DNA from: Octopus vulgaris
Taxonomy: Eukaryota
Reading direction: 5' to 3'
Assembly (NCBI GenBank): GCA_951406725.2
Contig: OX597826.1
Location: 46,748,001 to 46,812,000, forward strand
Length of the DNA: 64,000 nt
Below are positions 28,175 through 40,129 of the stretch, piece by piece. A program made the position numbers and the translations under genes. Position 1 is the first letter of the stretch, and each line of letters begins with the position of its first letter. The notes below the pieces were generated by a model. That model did no database searches and was not told the DNA's origin. It was given only the letters and a program-made list of their open reading frames with translations.

Positions 28175-28381
28175 TTTATTCTTTTGTTTTAGTCATTTAA
28201 CTGCGGGTGTGCTAGGAACCCCGCCTTTAGTGAAACAAATCGACCCCAGGACTAATTATTTGTAAGCCTAGTACTCATTCTATCGGTGTCTTTTGCCGAA
28301 CCGCTAAATTACGGGGACATAACCACATCACCATCGGTTGTCAAGCAATGTTGGGGGGAACAAATGCAAACACACAAACAT

Positions 28382-28423
<42 letters not shown>

Positions 28424-28822
28424 AGGCGCAGGAGTGACTGTGTGGTAAGTAGCTTGCTTACCAACCACATGGTTCCGGGTTCAGTACCACTGCGTGGCAC
28501 CTTGGGCAAGTGTTTTCTACTATAGCCTCGGGACGACCAAAGCCTGGTGAGTGGATTTGGTAGACAGAAACTGAAAGAAGACTGTCGTATATATGTATAT
28601 ATATATGTGTGTGTGTGTTTGTGTGTCTGTGTTTGTCCCCCCAACATCGCTTGACAACCGATGCTGGTGTGTTTACGTCCCTGTAACCTAGCGGTTCGGC
28701 AAAAGAGACCGATAGAATAAGTACTAGGCTTACAAAGAATAAGTCCTGGGGTCGATTTGCTCGACTAAAGGCAGTGCTCCAGCATGGCCGCAGTCAAATG
28801 ACTGAAACAAGTAAAAGAGTAT

Positions 28823-28905
<83 letters not shown>

Positions 28906-29075
28906 CATATATATACGTCGGGTTTCTTTTCAGCTTCCGCCTACCAAATCCACTCACAAGGCTTTGGTCGGCTCGAGACTATAGTAAAAGACACTTGCCC
29001 AAGGTGCCATGCATTGGGAGTGAACTCGGAACCCTGTTGTTGGTAAGCAAGCTACTTACCACACAGCCACTCCTG
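28175..29075 (-). mobile_element. SINE family D (outer copy), split by a nested copy
   Basis: Tail at about 28175-28375 and head at about 28916-29075, both on the minus strand, on either side of the nested plus-strand copy. Confidence 0.8.
28422..28820 (+). mobile_element. SINE family D, full length, nested
   Basis: GGAGGCGCAGGAGTGACTGTGTGG head through tail GAAACAAGTAAAAGAGT. Confidence 0.9.
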
Positions 29076-29387
29076 AGTATTTAATATCGTTTACTCTGTG
29101 TTATGAACTGAATTTTCAAGTTTACAAAGAAAAATTACCCAATATAAAAGCTATAATAATAACAACCTGAGACTACTGAGCGGTTACAATAAAACCCACA
29201 AGAAAATTATCAATACATGGTAATACTACCATGTGGTGACAAGCATGTAGCACTGAGTAATCACCAGTAACAACCAAAATATGTTCAGTAGATTACTAAT
29301 AAGTGCATTTAATATCCCTAAATTATACGACATCACAAAATAATTGTATGCTCTCAAGGTCTATATATGTTTGCATGTATGTACTTT

Positions 29388-29782
29388 TAGGTGCTGGACT
29401 GGCTGCGTGGTAAGAATCTTGCTTTCCAGCCATGTGGTTCAAGATTCTGTCTCATTGTGTGGCCCCTTGGGCAAGTGTCTTCAAATATAGCCTCGGGCTG
29501 ACCAAAGTTTTTTGAGTGGATTTGGTAGACGGAAACTGAAAGAAGCCCATCGTATGTATGTATATATCTATGTGTATGTGTCTTTGTGTCTGTTTTTGAC
29601 CCTCACCACCGCTTGACAACTGATGTGTTTACGTTCCCGTAACTTAGTGGTTCGACAAAGTGGCGGATAAAATGAGTACTAGGCTTAAAAAGAAAAGAGT
29701 ACTCGGGGCGAAACATTCGACTAAAACTTTCTTTAAGGCGGTCCCCAAGGACGGCCGCAATCTAACAGCTGAAACAAATAAA
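29388..29782 (+). mobile_element. SINE family D, diverged
   Basis: CCTTGGGCAAGTGTCTT...GGAAACTGAAAGAAGCCC body plus tail. Confidence 0.8.
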
Positions 29783-32686
29783 ATATATAATACATATATT
29801 TTGGTAGCAGTTACGTCATATTTTCTACTGGAGTACTGCTTCATATCTTGTATTCTTTTATCAAATTACGCAGTCAACGACAGTTTATCTTCTCTCGAAT
29901 CACGCATTGAAAATCAAAAGACGTCGGGTAATACGTACACACAACAACACATTTTTTCCCTCGTCGTAAACTTGACAAAGAACAGAAGTCATAGAATAAC
30001 TTGACACTAAGTTATTGACACTTCAACGTAAACTAATTGTTCTTCGCAACATTAAATGTAGACATTTTGGAATTCTTTCAAGAACATTCTTCTCAATGAC
30101 TTTTTGAAACTATTGTCGAAACAGTCAGCTTTCCTTGAATTTGAAAACTTTCTTCTATTGTAGACGGGAATTTAAACATACCTCAATGTCTCAGCCGAAA
30201 TGAATCAGCTTTCACTTATGTTGACATACACATTTTATGTTTTTAAAACTAATCTTTATTTATCTAAGATATCCCTAGTCGCATGTTTAGTAATCGGATA
30301 TAGGCAGCGATCTTTCTATTTTAAACCTTCGAAAAGGAATTTGTTGATAATAAGCCACAGGCTATTTCTATTCATTTATTTACATATTCTTTTATAAAAT
30401 ACAGTAAACGTCCGTCATAGTAGGCATTTTCTGTCTTAAAGTGACTTAGCTTCTTAAACAATATCAGAGAAACCTGTCTAAGAGCTAATTTTTACTTTTC
30501 GTTCTTTTGCCTATAGTTTATTTTGAAATAACTATTGTGAAAAAAAAAAACAGAAATAAAGAATAGGAAAAGCAGAAAACAGAAATGGAAAAAGAAAAGA
30601 AGAAAAAATTAGCGAATAAAGTAACATATACAATGGATATTTATCAAAGAATATCTCTCTGTTCTCAATGTCTTTGCCCAACTAGGATAGAGTTGCTTAA
30701 CAAATGCCAAGAGCGGAATGTTATTCTTGTAGATAGCGTTTAGTTTAGTAGCTCCCAGTGGGCGGCGGCTTTCACTAAGTTATGCGAATGTTATTGAGTG
30801 GAAGAAGAAGAGAGAGAAGAGGAGAAGGAGGAGGAGGAGGACAAAGCAAGTGGAACTTGGGCAGACAAGAGGTTTTAAGGTAGTTGCCAGCATGCTGGGA
30901 CAACAATATTCGTCTCCCACTGACGGTGGTGGCAGTGGTGTTGGGTGGGTGGGTGTGGTAACTTTTCATGGTTTATAAGAACTGGTTGTAATCATTTTTT
31001 GTTTTATATATACATCATATATACAATCTTCACAAAGGGGGGAAATCAACAAAGACTAAGACATAACCTGCTTGATGTGTTAATTGCGCTGCTTCTTGGG
31101 AGGGCCTCTTGATGTGAATCAATGTTTCAACAATCACTTAACCAACCAACCCCTCACTAAGTTATGGTGTCTTTAAAGTGTAATAGTATTCTCATTGACA
31201 TAAAAACTGGAAAGACTTAAACCCATGTTTGTAAACAATACTGGGACCCATCAACCAGATCATAGACTTCCAAGGTTCACATTATAGGATTTTCTTTTCT
31301 ATGTCTTTGTCAAGAGACAATATAGTGACTATGAGCCTTTACGGAGTATTCAGAACTCATGGGAGGGAGAGAGGTATCCTTAAACCGGACACAAGATCCG
31401 AATGCTTGTAACAGAGTAAACTCCGCTAAATGCGTCCAACGGCCAGGTGCTGGTGTTAAACCAGATGACAGATTCAGTCCCAAATCGAGCACGCAGGATT
31501 TGAACTCGAAATCCAAAATGTCAGCACAAATACCGCAAGACTTCCTGTGCAACGTTGTTACTGCTCCGCCAATCTACCACATTTTGTTTTTTATCAATTA
31601 CGAAAGAAAAAAGGCAAAGATGATTTCAACGGTGTTTGAACTAGAGTCAGAAAAATGTTGTAAGGAAGCAGTTCTGCCCGGATCTCTAGCAACTCTACCA
31701 ATTTTTGCCTGATGTGGCTAAAAATAGCGGTTTCAAATAGTGGCGCATGGTGGAGGAGGAAAGTTGATTACAATCTGACAGAATTTGAACTTAAAACACA
31801 GAGGGTTACGACTTAATTCTTTCAAACCATTTATCATAATGCTGTAAAGTTCCCGAAAACTCACCACCCTTGACTGAAAATATCCCCCCTACCGCCAATA
31901 ATACTAAATAATCCCCCCTAATAATACTAAATAATCCCATCACTGATAATACTAAACAAACAATTAAAAAATAAATAATTAGAAATATTATATAAAATCA
32001 AAAAACAACAAAAAAACAACAACAAAAACAATGGAAATAATTCTTATTAGAAGACCAACGGTGATGCTTTGACAAGGAATATCCACACTCAGATATAACA
32101 CTGGTGTGAAGTACGACTGATAAACACAGTATCAGCCATGTTGATAAGCTCGACACACAGACATTGAGTCTTGATAAGGATTTTCTGCTTCACTGATGGA
32201 TGTATACGTGTGTTCACAGAATTATTACACCGAGACGTTACAAACTTGACCACACACAGAGAAATACATTTTCTTCTGTTGGGTGATAATTTTCTTCTAA
32301 TGGTGCTACCAGTCTACACGTGTGATACACATATCCTTACACACACGCATACACAGTTAGACCCATGCACACTCACACACACACATACACAAACAAATGT
32401 ACATATACACACGCAAACACACAAACGCATGTTGTTCAGATCTGTAAGAAATATCATATCACCAAAACAACCATCTACATATAGGGAGCTAGAAATAGCA
32501 GCCAAATCTCTCTCAAATAGTGGTTTACTACGTTTAGATAAAGATCACTTTGTACAATAGCGTGGATAAAGAGATGGACTGTTGGTCGCGGTCGGAATGT
32601 CTTTGATCATAGGTTTCGCAGACAGGACTAACCTGGAGATAAATGTTAATATTCGCCATCATCATCACCAACACCGCCATTCTCCT

Positions 32687-32717
<31 letters not shown>

Positions 32718-32889
32718 ACCACAACAATAGCAAAACCTACAACCTTAACTGTTGCTAATGTGAATACTGCTACTACTACTAGTTATGCTACTGCTTCTAC
32801 CATGGTTGCACCTTTAATTTTGAACTATGTTCTAATTTAAGCATTCCTTGCATTTATTGCACAATGCCATATAAATATTATTATATTTT

Positions 32890-33040
32890 GGAATGGTCAT
32901 TTTGCCAGTTTAGCCAATAAAAACACACGCACTATATATTTGGTGTTACTTTGCTTCAGTGCTATTTATTTTTTACATTAATCTTAATCTTCTTTCGTCA
33001 CACCCCTGTGACCGCATCAGTGCTCCTTTGTTTTCTTCTT
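32890..33040 (-). repeat. family H4 repeat with degenerate hammerhead-like motif
   Basis: Minus strand CTGATGC-G-GTCAC(AGGGGT)GTGAC-GAAA at about 32993-33020. Confidence 0.5.
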
Positions 33041-33347
33041 CCTTATTTGTGTCTCTCCTTACTAACCGTCAGCCATTTTGTATTTCTATTATAAAGAAAA
33101 TTATATTACAGTTGGTTTATTAGTATATTACTGGTATTCTATTATTCCAATGTTCAAGAACTGTACACACGAATGACTCCCGTATACAAAGTTAGCTCAT
33201 AGGACGCACAAACACACGCACATATGTAAGTTCGTGTTAACATATTTAACAGAAGAGAGCAGTATAAAGTACAACCGAAATAAAATATTCGATGGGGGGG
33301 AAAAAAAACAACTATTTTTCCATGTTTAATATTAATAGTTGAAACAA

Positions 33348-33740
33348 GGCGGCGAGCTGGCAGAAACGTAGCACGCCGGGCGAAATGCATAGCCGTATTT
33401 CGTCTGCCGTTACGTTCTGAGTTCAAATTCCGCCGAGGTCGACTTTGCTTTTCATCTTTTCGGGGTCGATAAATTAAGTACCAGTTACGCACCGGGGTCG
33501 ATATAATCGACTTAATCCGTTCGTCTGTCCTTGTTTGTCCTCTCTGTGTTTCGCCCCTTGTTGGTAGTAAAGAAATAGGTATTTCGTATATCTTTATGTT
33601 CTGAGTTCAAATTCCGCCGAAGTCGACTTTGCCTTTCATCCTTTCGAAGTCGATGAATTAAGTAGCAGTTGCGTACTGGGGGCGATCTAATCGACTGGCC
33701 CTCCTAAAAAATTTCGGTTCTTGTGCCTAGAGTAGAAAAG
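33348..33740 (+). mobile_element. SINE family A, dimeric
   Basis: Head GGCGGCGAGCTGG, two cores, tail GTGCCTAGAGTAGAAAAG. Confidence 0.92.
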
Positions 33741-33758
33741 AATATGAATAGCTGAAAT

Positions 33759-34214
33759 GCGGCGAGCTGGCAGAAACGTTCGCACGCTGGGCGATATACT
33801 TAGTGGTATTTTGTCTGCCGCTAAGTTCTAAGTTCAAATTCTACCGAGGTCGACTTTTCCTTTCATCCTTTCGGGGTCAATTAAATAAGTACCAGTTACG
33901 CACTAGGGTCGATTTAATCGACTTAATCCGTTTGTCTGTCATTGTTTGTCCCCTCTGTTTAGCCCCTTGTGGGCAATAAATAAATAAGAAACGTTAGCAT
34001 ACCGGGCGATATGCTTAGCAGTATTTCGTCTGCCTTTACGTTTTGAGTTCAAATTCCGCCGGGGTCGACTTTGCCTTTCATCCTTTCGGGGTCGATAAAT
34101 TAAGTACCAGTTACGTACTGGTTCGATCTACGAACTTTGCCTTTCATCCTCTCGGGGTCGATTCGACTTGCCCCCTGCCCCAAAATTTCGGGCCTTGTGC
34201 CTAGAGCAGAAAAG
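33759..34214 (+). mobile_element. SINE family A, variant multimer
   Basis: Head, core, linker, repeated partial head, core, partial core, tail. Confidence 0.88.
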
Positions 34215-35734
34215 AATATTAATAGATGAGACAACTCACGATACGTTTCCTTCTCATTCTGATCTCTTCTAGAAAGCATAGTCTGCACCATACACGTCGA
34301 AGTAATGGTGAAAAGCATTATTAATAAGACGCACAATTCTTCCGATGCAGTCAGCTACATTACAACACCGCCACCATTATTGTGTAAATTGCTAATAATG
34401 AATGGAGACAATAATAACTGTCAAAGCAGGAACATTCCAGAAACACATGCATTGTTCAAGCGTCAGTTCCCAAAGGATCCCCTTACCACGCTTTCTGTCT
34501 TTTTTTCTTCGTTACAATGAAAAAAAAAATCAGTCCGGTTCTGATTCTCTCTCTCTCTCTTTCTCTCTTGCTCTCCTTTCTCCCTTCCACACATTCTTTA
34601 TCTTTTTCTTGCTTTCCTTCTCTCTCTCTCTCTTTCTCCCTCTCCTTTTCTCCTTTCTCTTTCTGCCCCCTCATTCTATCCGACTCTGCCTCGTTCCCCG
34701 TCTGTCTTTCTCCCCGCTTCGTCACTCACTCACTCACTCACTCGCTCACTCTCACACACACATGCTTTCTGTCTTTCTTTCTCTCACTCTCACTCTCTCT
34801 TACTCTCTTTCTTTCTTGCTCTCTTGCCATTTTAGCGACATCAGTTACAGCTATTATGTGGACGTCTTTTTTGTTTCATGAGCCTCCCGTCCGTAATAAT
34901 TCTTTTTCTAGGATTAAAATTTATTTGCCACCAACCATCCAGCCATCCAACCAACCAGTTAACCAACCAAGCAGCAGCAGCAAGCCAAATCTTCCAGAAG
35001 TGAAAAAGACTTGCCACATACACACACACACACAAGCACGCACTCACACACACAAGCGTGCGCGCACATACAGAGAGAAGCACACAAACACACACATAAA
35101 TACACATACAATGAGACTCTTTCTCGCATACTATTATTATTTTATTCTATTATTCTGTTATTCTGTTATTCTATCTTACTTCTCTTCTTCCAAATAACAA
35201 AGTCAACCGTTGACCGTAAAATCGAAAATGTTTTATAATCTCGAGAACGCGAGAGCGGGAATGGGAAAAAATAATAATAATGATAAATAAATAAAAAGAA
35301 AAGTAACAACGAACTGGCGGAAAGGGAATGATATATAGAGAGAGGATATAAAACAGACGTGGAAATAAAGCGTCTGAATAAACAAAAGATTATAAAAGAC
35401 AAATAAAATTATAAAAAAAAACAAAGATAAAACTTACAAACACCCACCACAAACAGAAGAAAAGATGAGGAAGAAAATAAAAAGACGTTTGAGAAGAAAA
35501 TTGTTTGTGGCTATTTTCAATTCAATTTTAGTTGCTGTGAGTGTATAAAACTGGCAACAAAGAAGAGCAATAGGAAAGACGATAAGAATCAACGCGATGT
35601 GTGTGTGTGTTTGTGTGTGTGTGTGCGTGCGTGCGTGTGTGTACATGCGTGTGTGTAAATGCATAGCATACGAAAGGAAAGGAATATATGGAGATAAGTT
35701 CACTAAAACAGTAAACAATGTTCCTGCGTAACAC

Positions 35735-35769
<35 letters not shown>

Positions 35770-35774
35770 TCAAC

Positions 35775-35987
35775 ATGTGATCTCTTGAGCACCACCAGCT
35801 CAAATATTTTTTCCTCTGTCTTCCCTTCATGGGATCTTTCCTTCTCCTTGTTTCCGACGAAGAGCTCCGCTCGAAACGTTAAACCCTCCTTCCCTTCTTT
35901 CCTGAGCGTCAATAATACGTTAATTGTTCCACGTCCTGCGTTGCTGTGTTTTTTTTTCTCTTTTTTTCTGTGTTTTCTTGTTTGAAT

Positions 35988-35990
<3 letters not shown>
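35775..35990 (+). mobile_element. short hammerhead-bearing repeat, family H2
   Basis: 35836-35990 is nearly identical to 56347-56500. Confidence 0.75.
35850..35884 (+). ncRNA. minimal type I hammerhead-like motif (U4C core)
   Basis: GTTT-CCGACGA-A-GAGC(TCC)GCTC-GAAAC-GTT-AAAC: stem I GTTT/AAAC, stem II GAGC/GCTC, palindromic ACGT stem III. Confidence 0.6.
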
Positions 35991-36047
<57 letters not shown>

Positions 36048-36048
<1 letters not shown>

Positions 36049-36553
36049 TAGCAGTATCGCCCGGCGTTGCTCGGGTTTGTAAGGGAAATAACTATATAAG
36101 CATTTTTAGAGAGTTACTTCCCTTATAAATTCGGGCTTTCTTAGCCATTTTTGTTTTGGTGTCTTCAAGCCATGAAGTCGTTGTTCTAAAAGAACGCTGG
36201 TTTCCTTCACAACGCATTACGACGTTGATTTCTTTACACTCCCTTCCCCACAGCTTCACGAGGGAGGGAAGGGGGAGAAGCAAACAGGTGCAGCTGTGAG
36301 CGTGGACGCCAACTCCGCCGTCATCGACATACGATGCATTTTATGCATTAAAATGGAATAAAAAATGATGTTAAATTATTTTTAAAATCGTAGACTCATC
36401 GTTGACGCGCGCTAATAGTCAGACGGGCTCGATATGAATCACGACTATAAGATACCCGAATTTGGTTAAACTGCAACGTAAAATGTGGGAGGAGTTAGGA
36501 ATCTAAATCGAAGGGGACAGACACTCACACAACTAGAGTTTTATATATATAGA
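36048..36553 (-). mobile_element. non-autonomous Helitron
   Basis: Minus strand starts TC(TATATATAT) and ends with hairpin CCCGAGCAACGCCGGG then CTAG; sits between A and T with no TSD. Confidence 0.85.
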
Positions 36554-36554
36554 T

Positions 36555-36806
36555 TAATAAATAAAACATATGCATATATATATACATATATGTACGTACC
36601 TACCTCTACATGTATATATACACGCATATATGAGTACAGGACACCAAAAAGCGTCGAACACAATGAGAAACGAAAACATAGACACAAGCCCAAGGAACTG
36701 GACATTTTTCTTAAACAACAAAAAAATAGAGTACAGGACAAATAACACAAGGAAAAAACCCCTTCTTCAGTCGCCATGGTTTCATCTACTCTACGTTTCG
36801 AAGGTG
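36555..36806 (-). repeat. family H3 repeat
   Basis: Reverse complement aligns to 7349-7600. Confidence 0.8.
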
Positions 36807-36929
36807 TATATATATGTGTGTGTGTGTGTGCGTGTGTGCGTAGGTCTGCATATATATATATATGTGTGTATGTGCATATATATGCATACATACATACATA
36901 TATATGTACACATACACACATATATACAT

Positions 36930-37149
36930 GGGTCCGGGTTCAGTCGCACTGCGTAGTCCCTTGGACAAGTGCCTTCTTCTATAACCTCGAGCCAACCAAA
37001 GCCTTGGGAGAGGACTTGGTAGGCAGAAACTGAAAGAAGCCCGTCGTATATATACAAATGTATATATTCATGTGTATATGTCTGTGTTTGTCCCCTTTAC
37101 TGGAACAAATATAAGTATACATATATATATATATATATGTATATATATG

Positions 37150-37180
<31 letters not shown>

Positions 37181-37400
37181 GCGTGTGTGTGTGTGTGTGC
37201 GTGTGCGTGCGTGTGTGCGTGGGTATGTATATTCTTGTGCTCTGTACCCTTTCAGTCACTGAACTGCGGCCATGCTGGGACACTTCCTTCAGCAATTCGA
37301 TTTCAGTAATTATTCTGTCGGGTCTTTTGCTGAATGGCAAGGTTACAAGGACGTAAATAAACCAATAATAGTTGTCATACGGTGGGTGGGGACAAAAGTA
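36930..37400. mobile_element. SINE D head (+, 36930-37095) facing a SINE D tail (-, 37250-37400)
   Basis: CCGGGTTCAGTCGCACTGCG...GAAACTGAAAGAAGCCCGTCG and TTTCAGTCACTGAACTGCGGCCATGCTGG. Confidence 0.7.
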
Positions 37401-39089
37401 AACATAAACACATGTCACATGTATGTATGTATGTATTTATGTATCTGTGTGTGTGTGTGGGGGGCGTATACGTATATAAACGACTGGGTTCCACGCTTGA
37501 GTTGCTACCCAGTGGCACTGAATCCGCACAGCGATGCACGTCCCCACTACATTTATATGTATGCACCTAACTTAACAGTGTATTATTGTGGAGGGTGGTT
37601 GTATGTATGTATCGTGAGCCTGTTCACGGCGACTAAATCTTCTAGAAGTAACAGCCAAATCTTCCTCAAGCCACAAACGACTACCCTCTCAACGAACGAG
37701 AACGAAACATTAGATAACATTTCCAGATAATTCTAAATGTACCGAATGGTCATAGCTCTATCTGGGGTCTAAAAAACGCAATCATTACACAAAATTTGCG
37801 AGCGCACGGCTAAACGTGTAAGCACGCTGGGGCATTTGGGTCAATGTTCAAAGTTTACACACACACACACACACATACATACACACACCCAGAACCACGC
37901 TAATAGTGTTGTTGACGTCGTAAATGCTGGTGACTTTAATCTCCAAAATAAACACAAACATTTACCCACCCGTCAGGTCCGTCAAAGGTCGTCAGTGAAC
38001 AAAACACAACTCATATCTAACGTCATATACTTTTGGACTCATTGAAGCCTCAAACTCCTGAGATAGGGCATTAAAGGAGGCAGTTTCAGAGATTCTCACA
38101 CGGAAGCCTTGTTCCCGAGTATGCGATTTCTGGTGATTCTCGGTACAGGAGGAAGTCCGGAGGCGGTGAAAATGGCTTTACTTGTCCAGGTTTCCTACGT
38201 AACTTACAGCCTATTTTCCTGAGCTGTTGCAACTGCTCTTCGTTCTGCAGTGGAGATCATATTCTTTGTCAGCGGTGCATATCTCTGTTCATCACTCTGA
38301 GATGCTCTGGCTTTTGTCACAGTCTGTTCGTTTCTTGTTATGTTTGTTTCTTGTTTTGCTTCCCTTTCTGCTACTGTCTCTCTTTCCCTGGACTGAGACA
38401 TTATTTTGACTGGCCTTGACATTGTAGACAAATTTGTCACTTTCCTTCTAGGTATGGTTATATATGTATACAGAAATACACGGGTGCAGAAGATAGTAAA
38501 CAATGAAAATAACTGAGTAACGGAAATTATATTCTTAATACGACGAGCAGAAAGTAAATAAGAAATTTTTACGGAAAATAAAGAATTGTATAGGCTGAAA
38601 CCAAATATTTCACTTAGTGAACTAAAGATCCACTATCGAAGGAAACAGAAAAAAGCCGTTAACAACAGAAAAAAACAGCAAAACCGTTGCAAAAGTAAAT
38701 AAGAAAATTTTAGGGAAATTAACTAAGTGTTCGGATTTAAGCGAAATTATTGATGTCAGTAAATTATGAACTGTCAGTAAATTATGAATTTTATCAGTAA
38801 TTCCGTAAAACAACAACAACAAAATACAAAACGTTGCAAAAGTAAATAAGAAATTTGCTGGCAAATTTAGCAAAGTGTACGGATTGAAGTGAAATTGATG
38901 AAGTTACTTCTGTCAGTAAGTTATGTTAGAAATTACTTTCATCAGTAATTGTGAACTTCTTTCTGTCATTAATTTGTTGTTGTTTGTAAATAGCGACTGA
39001 AAACTTACAGTGAAAACACTAGCGATTGAACTTAAGTGAAAACAATAGCGTCTGAATATTGAAAGTGAAAGCAATAGAGAGTGAGTAAG

Positions 39090-39144
<55 letters not shown>

Positions 39145-39791
39145 TAGTTAGATAAATAAGATAGATATAGATAGATAAGATATGAACAGATAGATACAGA
39201 AAGATACATAGATATAGAGATAAAAATACATAGAGAGATATAGAGAGGTAGAGACAGATAGCTATGGATAGAGAGATATAGACAGAGAGATATAGACGTC
39301 ACTGATGCTAGAACACCGGAAGTAAATATTTTAAAAATCTTTCAAAGACGTGAATCTAATAAGAAGCAATATTCTTTTATTTTGAATTAAAAAAATTAAA
39401 TGAAGAGCCTAACGTATCCGAGGTCAAACTATTCACGCATCCCAAAGTGTGGAAGCAATTGATGAAGCCGTTTTCACAAATCTCGATTTTATAAATTAGA
39501 TGAGATTGTGATAATTTTTTGACCAATTGATGTAAGGGAGGCAATCAATTTCTGAAAAGTATTTCGCAAGGAGTTACCGCCCTTGTTCTCGTAACCCAGG
39601 AACGGGTATTTTCTGCTCCCAGGGGGGCAGTTACTCATTACGTGAAAAATTTTTAAGAGTCTGGAACATAAGTGAGGTGTGTTGGACCGAGTGGCCTAGT
39701 GGAACATGTTCTATATTTGAGAGATGAGCAATTATGTACATTGTTTACATTATTTACATTTGTCGGATATTTGTGCACATCTTGTTTGTTA

Positions 39792-39834
39792 ACACAACGT
39801 TTCGGTTGCTATACTTTCCAGCCTTTTCAGGTGT
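39792..39834 (-). ncRNA. Penelope terminal-repeat hammerhead ribozyme motif (mutated)
   Basis: Minus strand ACAC-CTGAAAA-GGCTG(GAAAGTATAG)CAACC-GAAAC-GTT-GTGT; stem I ACAC/GTGT; core G8 appears lost. Confidence 0.7.
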
Positions 39835-39887
39835 CCTGGGGTAGTTTCGAACTTGGGTTCTCATTCCTAAGGTATTTTTCGATGTTG

Positions 39888-39919
<32 letters not shown>

Positions 39920-39947
39920 GCTATTATTATTATTGCTATTATTATTG

Positions 39948-39988
<41 letters not shown>

Positions 39989-40034
39989 GTTATTATTATT
40001 ACTATTATTATTATTGTTGTTGTTGTTGTCATTA

Positions 40035-40097
40035 TTCAGGTAACTGCTTGGAATCTTGGGGTTAGTAGCCCGCGCTCTTAACCACTACGCCATATGC
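40035..40097 (-). other. tRNA-like Pol III cassette inside the Penelope 3' region (B box deleted)
   Basis: ATGGCGTAGTGGTTAAGAGCGCGGGCTACTAACCCCAAGATTCC-AAGCAGTTACCTGAAT; lacks the 12 nt between two GATTCC repeats that are present at 16806-16876. Confidence 0.75.
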
Positions 40098-40129
40098 CTG
40101 TGGCCAATTATAGAGTGAATTTTAGGGCT

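Noticed and set aside
31359-31712. 117-aa ORF as a host exon
   Set aside because: No recognisable domain, and the 3' part runs through degenerate SINE A-like sequence.
33348-34214. CRISPR-like appearance of recurring repeats
   Set aside because: Repeats are ~180-bp SINE units with repeated linkers rather than unique spacers; no cas genes; eukaryotic context.
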